Source: Desulfatiglandales bacterium
GTDB taxonomy: Bacteria; Desulfobacterota; DSM-4660; Desulfatiglandales; Desulfatiglandaceae
NCBI GenBank assembly: GCA_963666345.1
Contig: OY762721.1
Span: 2,784,001-2,848,000 of the forward strand
Length of the DNA stretch: 64,000 nt
Direction of reading: 5' to 3'
Shown: positions 30,106 to 40,500 of the stretch, piece by piece
How the letters are laid out: the number at the start of each line of letters is the position of its first letter
How positions within the stretch are numbered: position 1 is the stretch's first letter
Position numbers and translations under genes: made by a program
Notes under the pieces: generated by a model
The model's input: only the letters and a program-made list of their open reading frames with translations
What the model was told of the DNA's origin: nothing
Database searches by the model: none

Positions 30106-31734
30106 ATGGCAGATACACCGAAACCGGAAGAGACCGCCAAGATTGATCATTCCACTCCTCTTGGAAGGGGTTGGATGGAGACACCGGCGGAAATCAAACC
30201 GGGTATTTATTGCTATGCCTCGAAGCCTAAGAGCCTTGATTATGTGGGTATGCCAAACCCCAGGGAATGGAATCCCCTTGAGGAAGACTGGAAGCTGCCG
30301 GAGGATTGGGAAGAGACGATTCATAAAGGATTTGAGGACCGGCTGGGTAAGTTTCGCACCCTGAAGCTTTTCATGGATATTTGTGTGCGTTGCGGGGCCT
30401 GTGCCGATAAGTGCCACTTTTTTATAGGTTCCGGTGACCCAAAGAATATGCCTGTGCTGAGGGCGGAGCTGATAAGGTCGGTCTACAGGAAAAAGTTCAC
30501 CGCCAGCGGAAAACTCCTCGGGAAGTTGGCAGGTGCCAGGGATCTCACGGAGGATGTGCTCAAGGAATGGTGGTATTACCTTTATCAGTGTACGGAATGC
30601 CGGAGGTGCTCTCTATTCTGCCCTTACGGCATCGACACGGCGGAGGTCACCATCCTGGGGAGGGAGCTTACCAACCTTATAGGACTGAATACCGACTGGA
30701 TCGCGGCACCTGTTGCAAACTGCTACCGTACAGGTAATCATCTGGGCATACAGCCTCATGCCTACAAGGATATGCTTGACTTTTTTACCGATGAGATAGA
30801 GGACATCACAGGCCTGAGGATGGAGCCGGATTTTAACAGAAAGGGAGCTGAGATCCTTTTTATAACGCCGTCCGGCGATGTATTTGCCGACCCGGGTACA
30901 TATACCTGCATGGGCTATATGATGCTTTTCTATTATCTCAAGAGCATGGGCCTTGATATAACCTGGAGCACCTACGCTTCAGAGGGGGGGAATTTCGGAT
31001 ATTTCACTTCCCATGAAATGGCCAAAAGGCTGAATGCGAAGATGTATGCCGAGGCCAAAAGACTCGGGGTAAAATGGATACTGGGGGGTGAGTGCGGCCA
31101 CATGTGGAGGGTTATAAACCAGTATATGGATACCTTTAACGGGCCGGCCGAATTTCTTGAAGAGCCCGTTTCTCCGATCACGGGAACCAAGTTCGAAAAT
31201 GCATCACAAACCAAGATGGTCCATATCATTGAATTTACCGCCGATCTGATCAAAAACAACAAACTGAAGCTGGACCCAAGCAGAAATGACCATCTGAAGG
31301 TGACGTTTCACGATTCCTGCAACCCGGCAAGGGGGATGGGGATATTGGAAGAACCGAGATACGTGATCAAAAACGTCTGTAATAATTTCTACGAGATGCC
31401 GATAAACACGATAAGGGAGCAGACCTTCTGCTGCGGCAGCGGTGCCGGACTCAACGCCGGGGAAAATCTGGAACTGCGGATGAGAGGAGGGCTTCCCAGG
31501 GCCAATGCCGTAAAATATGTCCATGAGAAACATGGCGTTAACATGTTGTCCTGCATATGCGCCATTGACAGGGCCGTGTTCCCCAACCTTATGGAATACT
31601 GGGTCCCGGAGGTTGACGTCACAGGTGTCCACGAAATGGTCGGCAATGCCCTCGTATTTGAGGGGGAAAAGAAAAGGACTACCGATCTGAGAGGCGAAAC
31701 CCTTCCTGGAATGGAGGATGAAGAAGATGTATGA
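30106..31734 (+). CDS. dsrK: DsrK (HdrD-like Fe-S/CCG catalytic subunit)
   Basis: CVRCGACADKCH, CTECRRCSLFCP, GECGHMWR, HDSCN, CCGSG. Confidence 0.95.
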   Translation: MADTPKPEETAKIDHSTPLGRGWMETPAEIKPGIYCYASKPKSLDYVGMPNPREWNPLEEDWKLPEDWEETIHKGFEDRLGKFRTLKLFMDICVRCGACADKCHFFIGSGDPKNMPVLRAELIRSVYRKKFTASGKLLGKLAGARDLTEDVLKEWWYYLYQCTECRRCSLFCPYGIDTAEVTILGRELTNLIGLNTDWIAAPVANCYRTGNHLGIQPHAYKDMLDFFTDEIEDITGLRMEPDFNRKGAEILFITPSGDVFADPGTYTCMGYMMLFYYLKSMGLDITWSTYASEGGNFGYFTSHEMAKRLNAKMYAEAKRLGVKWILGGECGHMWRVINQYMDTFNGPAEFLEEPVSPITGTKFENASQTKMVHIIEFTADLIKNNKLKLDPSRNDHLKVTFHDSCNPARGMGILEEPRYVIKNVCNNFYEMPINTIREQTFCCGSGAGLNAGENLELRMRGGLPRANAVKYVHEKHGVNMLSCICAIDRAVFPNLMEYWVPEVDVTGVHEMVGNALVFEGEKKRTTDLRGETLPGMEDEEDV

Positions 31735-32200
31735 TGGAGGTAAGATTGTTGCCGGGCTCGTGATAGGAGTGGGCCTGCTGATGTTCCCTTTCTTCTACAA
31801 TGCGGGAAGGGCAGCCAAGGCGCCCGATCCCGTGCTTACGCCGAAGGCCAAAGAGGCCAAGGAATGCGTTGCCCCTACTCCCTATATGAAGGCCTACCAC
31901 ATGCAGCTTCTGGATGAATGGCGACACGAGGTCGTTCGTGATGGCGAAAGGTATTATACGACCGGGAAGAGGGGGGATAAGAGATTCGACAGAAAGCTGA
32001 TGGATATGGGCAGGCATTTCGCGGCCGGTGTGGGCGAGGATGATCAGATCGAAAGCGGCAAGGTATATTATAAAAGCCTTCAGGTGACATGCCTTGACTG
32101 CCATTCCAACAAGTCCAAGTTCTGCGATCAGTGCCACAATTATATGGGTGTCGCGCCCTATTGTTGGGATTGCCATATCGAGCCGAAGGAGAAAGAATAA
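31727..32200 (+). CDS. dsrJ: DsrJ triheme cytochrome c
   Basis: HMQLLDEWR; CLDCH, CDQCH, CWDCH; start 31727 or 31718. Confidence 0.93.
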   Translation: MYDGGKIVAGLVIGVGLLMFPFFYNAGRAAKAPDPVLTPKAKEAKECVAPTPYMKAYHMQLLDEWRHEVVRDGERYYTTGKRGDKRFDRKLMDMGRHFAAGVGEDDQIESGKVYYKSLQVTCLDCHSNKSKFCDQCHNYMGVAPYCWDCHIEPKEKE

Positions 32201-32994
32201 TGGCCATAGACAGAAGGAAATTTCTGAAAATAGCCGGGCTTTCCACGCTTTTTGGTATGAGTGCGAAAGCGGCTGTTGATATATTCGCCCCAGGGGAAAT
32301 TGAAGCCGCATTGCCCCCTCTGACTGAGGGCAAAAGGTGGGCCATGGTAGTTGATATGACAAAGATTAACGATGAGATAATGGAAAGCTGTGTCAAGGCC
32401 TGCCATCAGGAACATAATGTCCCCGATTTCGGGGATCCCAAAGTGGAAATCAAGTGGCTCTGGGAAGAGACCTATGAACACACCTTTCCCGGCCAGAAAC
32501 ATGATTACATAGGAGAGAAATACAAACACAGGAATTTCCTGCTGATGTGCAATCACTGTTCCAACCCGCCCTGCTGCAGGGTCTGCCCGACGAAATCAAC
32601 CTGGCAGAGGGAGGACGGCATAGTAATGATGGACCAGCACCGCTGCATAGGATGCAGGTTCTGTATGGCGGCCTGTCCTTTCGGGGCGAGGAGTTTCAAC
32701 TGGGGAGACCCGAGAAAGGCTCCCAAGGAACTCAATGACGGGTTCCCGGTCAATCTGGAGTATCCGACCAGGTCCAAGGGTGTGGTGGAAAAATGTACCT
32801 TCTGCGCGGAAAGGCTTGCAAAGGGCCTGCTGCCCGCCTGTGTGGAGGCGGCCAACAAGATTGAGGAGGGATCCCTTGTCTTCGGAGACCTGGAGGATCC
32901 CGACTCAGAGGTCAGGGAAGTACTAAGAAATCACTATACAATCAGACGTAAACCTGAACTCGGATCAAACCCGAACGTCTACTATATCGTGTGA
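32200..32994 (+). CDS. dsrO: DsrO periplasmic Fe-S protein (Tat signal)
   Basis: DRRKFLK Tat motif; CNHC..PPC..VCP, CIGCRFCMAACP, KCTFC. Confidence 0.93.
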   Translation: MAIDRRKFLKIAGLSTLFGMSAKAAVDIFAPGEIEAALPPLTEGKRWAMVVDMTKINDEIMESCVKACHQEHNVPDFGDPKVEIKWLWEETYEHTFPGQKHDYIGEKYKHRNFLLMCNHCSNPPCCRVCPTKSTWQREDGIVMMDQHRCIGCRFCMAACPFGARSFNWGDPRKAPKELNDGFPVNLEYPTRSKGVVEKCTFCAERLAKGLLPACVEAANKIEEGSLVFGDLEDPDSEVREVLRNHYTIRRKPELGSNPNVYYIV

Positions 32995-33001
32995 GGTTGT
33001 T

Positions 33002-34159
33002 ATGCTTGACAGGGCTTTAAGCGGCAGTCAGAAATATTGGGGGTGGTTGGCCTTTTTATTCGTCCTTATGGCGGTAGGCTTTTTTTGTTATCTTTATCAG
33101 TTCAAAATGGGCCTCAAAGTCACGGGCATGAGCAGGGACGTATCCTGGGGTTTCTATATCGCCCAGTTCACATACCTGGTCGGTGTTGCGGCCGGTGGGG
33201 TCATGGTCGTGCTTCCCTGCTATATGCATGATTACAAGGCCTTTGGAAGGATTACCATCTTGGGTGAATTCCTTGCCGTGGCCGCTGTTACAATGTGTCT
33301 GCTCTTCATATTCGTAGACCTGGGAAATCCGGTCAGGATTATGAATGTCATCATGTACCCTTCACCCAATTCAATCCTTTTCTGGGACATGATCGTCCTC
33401 AACGGATATCTTTTTCTCAATATTATCATAGGCTGGAACGTGCTGAGCGCTGAAAGAAAAGGGGTGCATTATCAGGGCTGGGTTAAGACCCTGATTTATA
33501 TCTCCATACCTTGGGCCTTCAGTATCCATACGGTAACGGCATTTCTCTACGCGGGACTTCCCGGAAGGCACTACTGGCTGACGGCCATAATGGCCGCCCG
33601 GTTTCTGGCCTCGGCATTCGCCGCCGGTCCGGCGCTGCTTATAATACTCTGTCTGATCGTGCGAAAGCTCACCAAGTTTGATCCGGGAAAGGAACAGATC
33701 AGGACCCTTTCCGGTATCGTGGCCTACGCGTTCATCCTGAATGTCTTTTTTCTGCTTTTGGAGGTTTTTACAGCTTTCTACAGCCAGATTCCGGGTCATA
33801 TGCACTCATTCGTTTATCTGTTCGTGGGTCTTGAGGGTCATGGGAAACTGGTTCCCTGGATGTGGGCTTCCGTGCTGTTCGCGGTGGTGGCACTTATACT
33901 GCTGATCGTACCTGGCACCAGAAGAAAGCTGGATACCCTGCTTATCGGGTGCATAGCGGTATTCCTTTCAACATTGATAGACAAGGGGCTGGGGCTTGTC
34001 GTAGGCGGTTTTGTCCCCAATCCATTTGACAGGGTATTTGAATACTGGCCAACCGCAATTGAGCTCTTAATCGCTCTGGGCGTGTGGGCGACAGGTTTCT
34101 TTGTGCTAACCATCCTCTATAAGATAGCGGTTTCGGTTAAAGAAGAGGTGGGTGCGTAG
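33002..34159 (+). CDS. dsrP: DsrP (NrfD-family membrane protein)
   Basis: TGMSRDVSWGFYI, SIHTVTAF, AARFLASAF. Confidence 0.93.
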   Translation: MLDRALSGSQKYWGWLAFLFVLMAVGFFCYLYQFKMGLKVTGMSRDVSWGFYIAQFTYLVGVAAGGVMVVLPCYMHDYKAFGRITILGEFLAVAAVTMCLLFIFVDLGNPVRIMNVIMYPSPNSILFWDMIVLNGYLFLNIIIGWNVLSAERKGVHYQGWVKTLIYISIPWAFSIHTVTAFLYAGLPGRHYWLTAIMAARFLASAFAAGPALLIILCLIVRKLTKFDPGKEQIRTLSGIVAYAFILNVFFLLLEVFTAFYSQIPGHMHSFVYLFVGLEGHGKLVPWMWASVLFAVVALILLIVPGTRRKLDTLLIGCIAVFLSTLIDKGLGLVVGGFVPNPFDRVFEYWPTAIELLIALGVWATGFFVLTILYKIAVSVKEEVGA

Positions 34160-34381
34160 AGTTAACGGATGAAATTGCCTATTTTTCATGTTTTACAGGC
34201 CTTTGCGTTTAAGATAAAAATGCTTGACAGGGCTATTCAGGCTCTGCTAAATATCGCGCTGCCCGGCTTTTTAAATACAGAAGCCGATTGCCCGCGATAT
34301 GTAGTTAAAATATGATTCAGTTATCTGGGTCTTATAGATGGGTGGTAAAAAATATATCTATAAATGAGGAGGGTCATACAA

Positions 34382-34570
34382 ATGGGTTACGAAGTAGTCG
34401 TTGATCATGACAAATGTGAAGGATGTGAAGAATGCGTAGAGGTTTGCCCTGTAGACGTCTATGAAATGCAAGATGGAAAGTCAGTACCTGTAAATGCTGA
34501 AGAGTGCCTGGGATGTGAAAGCTGCATAGAGGTATGTGACGCAGAGGCAATTACCGTTACAGAGGTCTAG
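34382..34570 (+). CDS. 2[4Fe-4S] ferredoxin
   Basis: CEGCEECVEVCP and CLGCESCIEVC; GAGGAGG RBS. Confidence 0.92.
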   Translation: MGYEVVVDHDKCEGCEECVEVCPVDVYEMQDGKSVPVNAEECLGCESCIEVCDAEAITVTEV

Positions 34571-34593
34571 ACACGTATCGCTCATTATAACGC

Positions 34594-34632
34594 AAAAAAG
34601 CGCCTTCTTTTAAAAGTGAAGGCGCTTTTTTT
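34594..34632. terminator. Bidirectional intrinsic terminator between ferredoxin and cytochrome c3
   Basis: aaaaaagcgccttc-loop-gaaggcgctttttt between convergent genes. Confidence 0.8.
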
Positions 34633-34667
34633 GTACCTTAATTTAAACTGGCAAAATTCTGGAAGTC

Positions 34668-35084
34668 CTATTTCTTGTTTCTCTTGTGACAGAAGTTGCA
34701 GGAGCCCATCTTTTTGTCCATTTTTCCCGCCTTTACCAGATCGCGGTGGCATTTCCTGCAATTGTCATGGTATGCATCCTCAAGACCGCCTTTTTTCAGT
34801 TCCGCCTTGTGGCATTCGTTGCATTTTTTGACCTGATCACACTCCTTCCAGATATTTTTGCCATCCTTGTATTCGTGGTGGCATTCGGTGCATCCGATCT
34901 TGTATTCTTCGCTGTGTTTCTTGTGATGAAAATCGGCAGGCCCGAACTTGTCATTCTCGTATCCGGGGTTTTCTATCACAATCTCTTCAGGCACCTCGGC
35001 TGCTGTAAGGGCTCCAACCGTCAGAAACATGACACAGGCAAAAGATGCCGCGGCTAAGGTTATAAACTTTTTCCTGATAGGCAT
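34668..35084 (-). CDS. Tetraheme cytochrome c3 (class III)
   Basis: Signal peptide, FHHKKH, four CxxCH motifs (CTECHH, CNECH, CRKCH, CNFCH). Confidence 0.92.
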   Translation of the reverse strand: MPIRKKFITLAAASFACVMFLTVGALTAAEVPEEIVIENPGYENDKFGPADFHHKKHSEEYKIGCTECHHEYKDGKNIWKECDQVKKCNECHKAELKKGGLEDAYHDNCRKCHRDLVKAGKMDKKMGSCNFCHKRNKK

Positions 35085-35219
35085 TTCCGTCCTCCTTTCG
35101 AATAAAATTCAGCAAAAATCAAATTATAGCAAAAAAGGTCATTTTTTACGGATACCAGCATAAACTATAGAAAAAACGGGCTTCCAAAGTCAAGGGAATT
35201 GAAATGGTTTTTCCGATTA

Positions 35220-38200
35220 TCATGCCTGGTTTATCATCGACATTATCTGGCATTGGTCGAATCCCTTGAGTCTGACCGCCCCTGATCTGCATGAGGACAC
35301 ACAAAGGCCGCACCCCTTGCATAGTACCGGGTTTATTTCAGCGGTGCCCTCAAGATGGCCGTTTTCTATCAAGGCGGGGGCGGAATAAGGGCATATGTCA
35401 GCGCATACCCCGCAACCGCTGCATCTAACAGCGTCAACTTCAGCCACGATTCCGCTGGCCATGATGCTGTCCTTGGCGAGCAGTGAGCCCGCCCGGGAGG
35501 CGGCTGAGAGTGCATGAGCCACAGATTCGTCTATTGATTTGGGATAGTGGCACATGCCGCAGAGAAACACCCCGTCTGTGGCGCATTCGGAAGGTCCAAG
35601 CTTCGCGTGTCGTTCAATGAAAAATCCGTCTTCATTTAAGGGGGCCTTGAAGAATCTTGCGATTTTCTCGTTACCCCTAGGGGCAATCGCCGATGCCAGG
35701 CAGAGAATATCCGCATCCAGGGAGATGCCCTCCTTTAGTATTTGATCAAAAAATTCGATACGAAGGGAGTCAGGCCCTTTAAATACACGTGGTTTAGCGG
35801 CCAGGGTATAGGGTATGAAAATTATTCCCTTGAGCCTTGCCTCTCTGTATAGATATTCCCGTTCTCCATATGTCCTTATATCCCTGAAAAAAATAAAGAT
35901 ATCCATGTCAGGATTAATCTCCTTGAGTTTGAGTGCCGTCTTGATGGAATGCGTACAACAAACCCTGGAGCAATAAGGCCTTGCAGGTTCGCGGGAACCC
36001 ACGCACTGAATAAAGGCCATGGTCTTCAGATTACCGATGGTGCTGTCTTGACTGATTATCATCCGGTCGAACTCGAGATGTGTCATTACCCGGTGGTCTT
36101 CGCCGTAAAGGTACTCGGAGGGTCGGGTCTCCTCGGCTCCGGTTGCCAGAATAGCTACGCCGTGATCTATGGTTTCCAACCCCCCCTTTTTTTCAAGGGT
36201 GGTGGTAAAATTACCTACAAACCCCTCGACCTTCGAGATAGTTGATTCCAGATGGATGCGTATGTTTCTGTCCGACTCTACTTGAGATATCATACCTTCC
36301 AGCCCCTGCCTGATATCTTCTCCCTGCCATGTGGTCAAAAGGCCCCTGGCCTGTCCTCCCAGTTGCGGCAGCCTTTCCACAATATTAACACTGTAACCCT
36401 GGGAGGATAGATTCCTGGCCGCGGCCATGCCAGCCACTCCACCTCCTACTATAAGGACGTCCTTGTTTATCCGTATCTTCGTCTCCTCAAGGGGCTCCAG
36501 AAGCGCAACCTTTGAAACGGCCATTCTAACGAGGTCCTTGGCCTTTTCAGTCGCAGCCTCAGGGTCATCCCGGTGGACCCATGAATCCTGATTGCGTATG
36601 TTTGCCATTTCAAATAGATAACGGTTGAGGCCCGCTTCAATAAGGGTATCCTGAAACAGGGCCTCGTGGGTCTTTGGAGTGCACGCTGCAACAACGATGC
36701 GGTTGAGGGCATTTTCACTTATCTCCCGGGCCATCGTCTCCTGAGTATCCTGAGAGCAGGTATAGAGGTTGTCTGTTACATATTCCACAAAAGGGAGTGC
36801 CTTTGCATATTCCCTGACCTTCGGGACATCTACCACCCCTCCGATATTTATGCCGCATTGACAGACAAATACCCCGATTCGAGGCCGTTGTCCCCCGACC
36901 TGCCTCTCTACGGGGGGCCTTTTTCCCCTTGTGAGGGTCCCTCTGGCCTCCATAAGCAGGGCGCTTGCCTCTGCTGCTGCGGATCCGGCCTCTATTACGG
37001 ACTGCGGTATATCCTTGGGACCACAAAAGGTCCCGCAGGCATATATGCCGTCGGCAGATGTCGAAACCGGATGAAATGCCCCGGTTTTACAGAATTTACC
37101 CTCTGTCAGATCGATATCCAGCCTTTTTGCGAGATCCAAGGTTTCAGAAGATGTCTCAAGCCCTACCGATAGTATGACCATGTCGAAATCTTCCTGTGCG
37201 GCCCTTTCATCTTCACCGGTATAGGAGACAGTGATCTGCCGGCTTTTGTCCAGAACCTCCACGGCCGGAGCCCTTGAGCGGATGAAACGGATTTTGTGCC
37301 TTTCCCTGGCCTCCTCGTAATATTTCTCGAAATCCTTTCCATGGGTTCTCATATCCATGAAAAAAATAGTGCATTCAAGATGTTTCCCCGCATGCTCCCT
37401 GGCGATGACGGCCTGCTTCATCGCGTACATGCAGCAGACGGATGAGCAGAATCCATTGGCTAAGGCATGAGAGTCCCTTGAACCTACGCACTGTATCCAT
37501 GCTATCTTATCCGGTTCTTTACTGTCGGAAGGTCTTATAAGATGCCCCATCGTAGGGCCTGAGGCGGACAGTATCCTCTCAAATTCCAGGGATGTCATTA
37601 TATCCCGACTCTTACCATAGCTGTAGGCGCTCAATTTTAGAGGATCAAACACGTCTGATCCGGGCGCAAGTATAAGCGCGCCGACATCAAGCTCTATGGA
37701 CCGGGGAAGTTGTGAATGCGTTTCAAGGGTTACCGCCCCAGCCTTGCAAGCCTCGACACATTGAAAACATTCCGAGCAGATTCCGCAGGAGATACATCTT
37801 TCAGCCTCGGCATGAGCCTGCTCCTCTGATAGGCCCAACTGAACTTCCTTGAAATTTTCCACCCTTTCAAAAGGGTCAAGCCTCGGCATGGCGACCCTTT
37901 TTTTAATCCTGTGGACATCAAGATCTATATCTTTAGCCGGGTCCCACAATTTATCACGGCCCTCAAACAGGTTTTGTCCATGTATATACCTGTCAATCGA
38001 TATGGCTGCCTGTTTTCCCGCCTCAATAGCCTCTACGACGGTCGCGGGACCCGTAACCGCGTCTCCTCCCGCAAAGATGTCGGGATCATCGCTTTGAAGC
38101 GTGATCTTATCTACTTTCAAGGTCCCCCATTCGGTGAGATTGCAGGCGCACTCTGGTCCGAGACAGGACCAATCCGCTTCCTGCCCTATCGCCTGTATTA

Positions 38201-39656
38201 CGCTGTCCACCTCAATAGTAAATTCCGAGCCCTCAACAGGAACGGGGCGCCTTCGCCCGCTTGAATCAGGTTCACCCAATTCCATCTTTACGCATTTGAC
38301 GGCCTTTACTCTCCCTGCTTCTCCAATAAAGCGGACCGGATTTGTAAGGGTGTGAATCTCTATACCTTCTTCATTGCATTCTTCGATTTCCTCCTGGTTC
38401 GCCGGCATTTCTTCAAGGCCTCTGCGATATATTATGAAGGCATTTCCGGATCCCGTCCTTCGAGCGGAACGAACAGCGTCCATTGCAACATTGCCTCCTC
38501 CCACGACTGCGACCCTGTCGCCCAGAAAGGGCTTTTCCCCCAGATTGATATGTCTAAGGAATTCCACTCCGGAGAAGACACCTTTCAGGTCCTCCCCCTC
38601 GATATTGAGGTTTTTGCATGCCTGAGAGCCGATACCGAGAAAGATGGCCTCATAGCCTTTATCACGAAGCCTCCGGATAGACAGGTCCTTTCCCACATCC
38701 ACTCCTGTTTCAATCTTTACGCCCATATTCGTGATAATCCGGATCTCGGCGTCTATGATGTTTCTGGGGAGGCGGTAGTCAGGAATGCCGAATGTGAGCA
38801 TGCCTCCGGGGATCGGGAGTTTTTCAAATATGGTCGTCTCATATCCCCTTTTTTTGAGAAAGTAGGCACACGACAGCCCCGCAGGTCCGCTTCCTATTAT
38901 GGCGACCCTGTGTCCATTCGGCTCTGAAACATCAGGCAGATAAATCTGCGCCGAGTTAAGATCCAGGTCGGCCACATAGCGTTTTAGAAAATTGATGGCC
39001 ACTGGTTGATCCAGTTTTCCCCGAGTGCAAACAGATTCGCACGGATGATGGCATACCCTCCCGCACACTGCGGGAAGAGGGTTTTCCTCCTTTATCAATC
39101 TCAGCGCGTCCATGAATCTTCCCTGAGCAATAAGGGCGATATAGCCTTGAACACTTATATGCGCCGGGCATGCGGCCCTGCATGGGGCGGTGCCGCTTTT
39201 GGAAATCGCAAAGGAACTCGGGATTGCCTGGGCGTATCTCTTATAGACCGCCTTTCTCTTTGTCATTCCCAGTTCGTATTCAGAGGGAAGAGAAACAGGA
39301 CATACCTCAATGCAATCGCCGCAGGAGGTGCACTTTGCCGGGTCTATGAACCTGGGATGCTGAGTCAGACTAACGTGAAAATTTCCTTTTTCACCCTCGA
39401 CCCTTTCCAGGCGGGCGGATGTGATCAGATTTATGTTCATGTGCCGGCCGACCTCGACCAGTTTGGGTGAAATAATTCACATTGCACAATCATTGGTAGG
39501 AAATGTCTTGTCAAGTTCGCTCATTACCCCGCCGATAGCCGAATCCCTCTCAATCAGATGGACATAATAGCCTGATTCAGCCAGATCAAGGGCTGCCTGC
39601 ATTCCGGCAATTCCTCCTCCAACGACCAGTATCGATCCATTCACTTTCTGTTTCAT
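35220..39656 (-). CDS. hdrA: Large HdrA/HdrL-type flavoprotein (HdrA + GltD-like NAD(P)H module + second HdrA), selenoprotein, 1478 aa
   Basis: Start at 39656 (GAGGAG RBS) reads MKQKVNGSILVVGGGIAG..LDKTFPTNDCAM-UGA-IISPKLVEVGRH in frame into the 1406-aa ORF; CVGSRD..CSSVCC; CGRVCHHPCE; GGGNVAMD. Confidence 0.92.
39444..39461 (-). promoter_or_regulatory. Bacterial SECIS hairpin downstream of the Sec UGA (39477-39479)
   Basis: mRNA CUGGUCG-AGGU-CGGCCGG stem-loop with a G-containing apical loop, 15 nt after the UGA. Confidence 0.75.
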
Positions 39657-39866
39657 CTGGATTCTCCTCTGAAATAAGTGGCTTCACCTTGAGCAGGCCG
39701 CTAGTGTGATTGCGGTGCTTTGCTGTAAACCCACTCTTGATCCGATCCCGGGACGAACTCCGGTGCTTCATTATATGAAGGTGTTTCTGGAATCTTCACC
39801 GGCCGCTCATCTGCACCTTGGTCGAGCGGTAGCGGTTTATGCAAACACCGGGCACCCTGTTTTCTA

Positions 39867-39910
39867 TTGATTAGTGGCTATATTATAATTATAATATAGT
39901 TATTGGGCAA
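39867..39910. promoter_or_regulatory. Symmetric divergent sigma70 promoters for hdrA(-) and hdrCB(+)
   Basis: Plus strand TTGATT-N17-TATAAT; minus strand TTGCCC-N17-TATAAT; both -10 boxes lie in the perfect palindrome ctatattataattataatatag (39878-39899). Confidence 0.7.
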
Positions 39911-39937
39911 TGATTTTATATTAAAATGAGGGGCCTA

Positions 39938-40420
39938 ATGGGCGAAGCAGCGCACAGAAAGATAGATACTCAGTTTATAAAGGAGCTTGCCGAGCTTCCT
40001 GGCGGTAATAAGATCAGGGCCTGCTTTACCTGTCGCACCTGCACGGCCAGCTGTCCCGTAAACGAGGTGAACGAGGCTTTCAATCCTCTTAGGATAATAC
40101 GAAAGACACTCTACGGTTTTAAAAAAGAGGTGCTTTCAGAGGGTTTTATCTGGTTATGTACAAGCTGCTACGCTTGCCAGGAGCGGTGCCCTCAGGGTGT
40201 GAATATCGCCGATTTTATGACCCTGCTAAAGAACATGGCGGTTGAAGAAGGTTTTATGCCTCAGGGAATCAGGGCGCAGAGGGATCTTGTCAAGGGGCAA
40301 GGCAGGATATATCCTATTGATGATTTTGATAACAAAAAGAGGGTAAAGGCGGAGTTGCCCGAGCTTCCGACAGGCTGCGGCGCGGTTAAGAAACTTTTTC
40401 CCCATGAGACGGGGAATTAG
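39938..40420 (+). CDS. hdrC: Heterodisulfide reductase subunit C-like
   Basis: CFTCRTCTASCP, WLCTSCYACQERCPQGV; GAGGGG RBS. Confidence 0.9.
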   Translation: MGEAAHRKIDTQFIKELAELPGGNKIRACFTCRTCTASCPVNEVNEAFNPLRIIRKTLYGFKKEVLSEGFIWLCTSCYACQERCPQGVNIADFMTLLKNMAVEEGFMPQGIRAQRDLVKGQGRIYPIDDFDNKKRVKAELPELPTGCGAVKKLFPHETGN

Positions 40421-40500
40421 TATTTAGAAGGGGTATGAGCGGCCTCTTCGTTGACAAACTATCCGGAACATGATTTTCAGATCGGGGTTGAATCAGATAA

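Noticed and set aside
32335..32410. DsrO missing the first cysteines of its first Fe-S motif
   Set aside because: To my knowledge this is a common trait of DsrO in sulfate reducers, so it is not evidence of decay
39477..39479. Nonsense mutation making hdrA a pseudogene
   Set aside because: The UGA sits at a conserved Cys/Sec position and is followed by a SECIS-like hairpin
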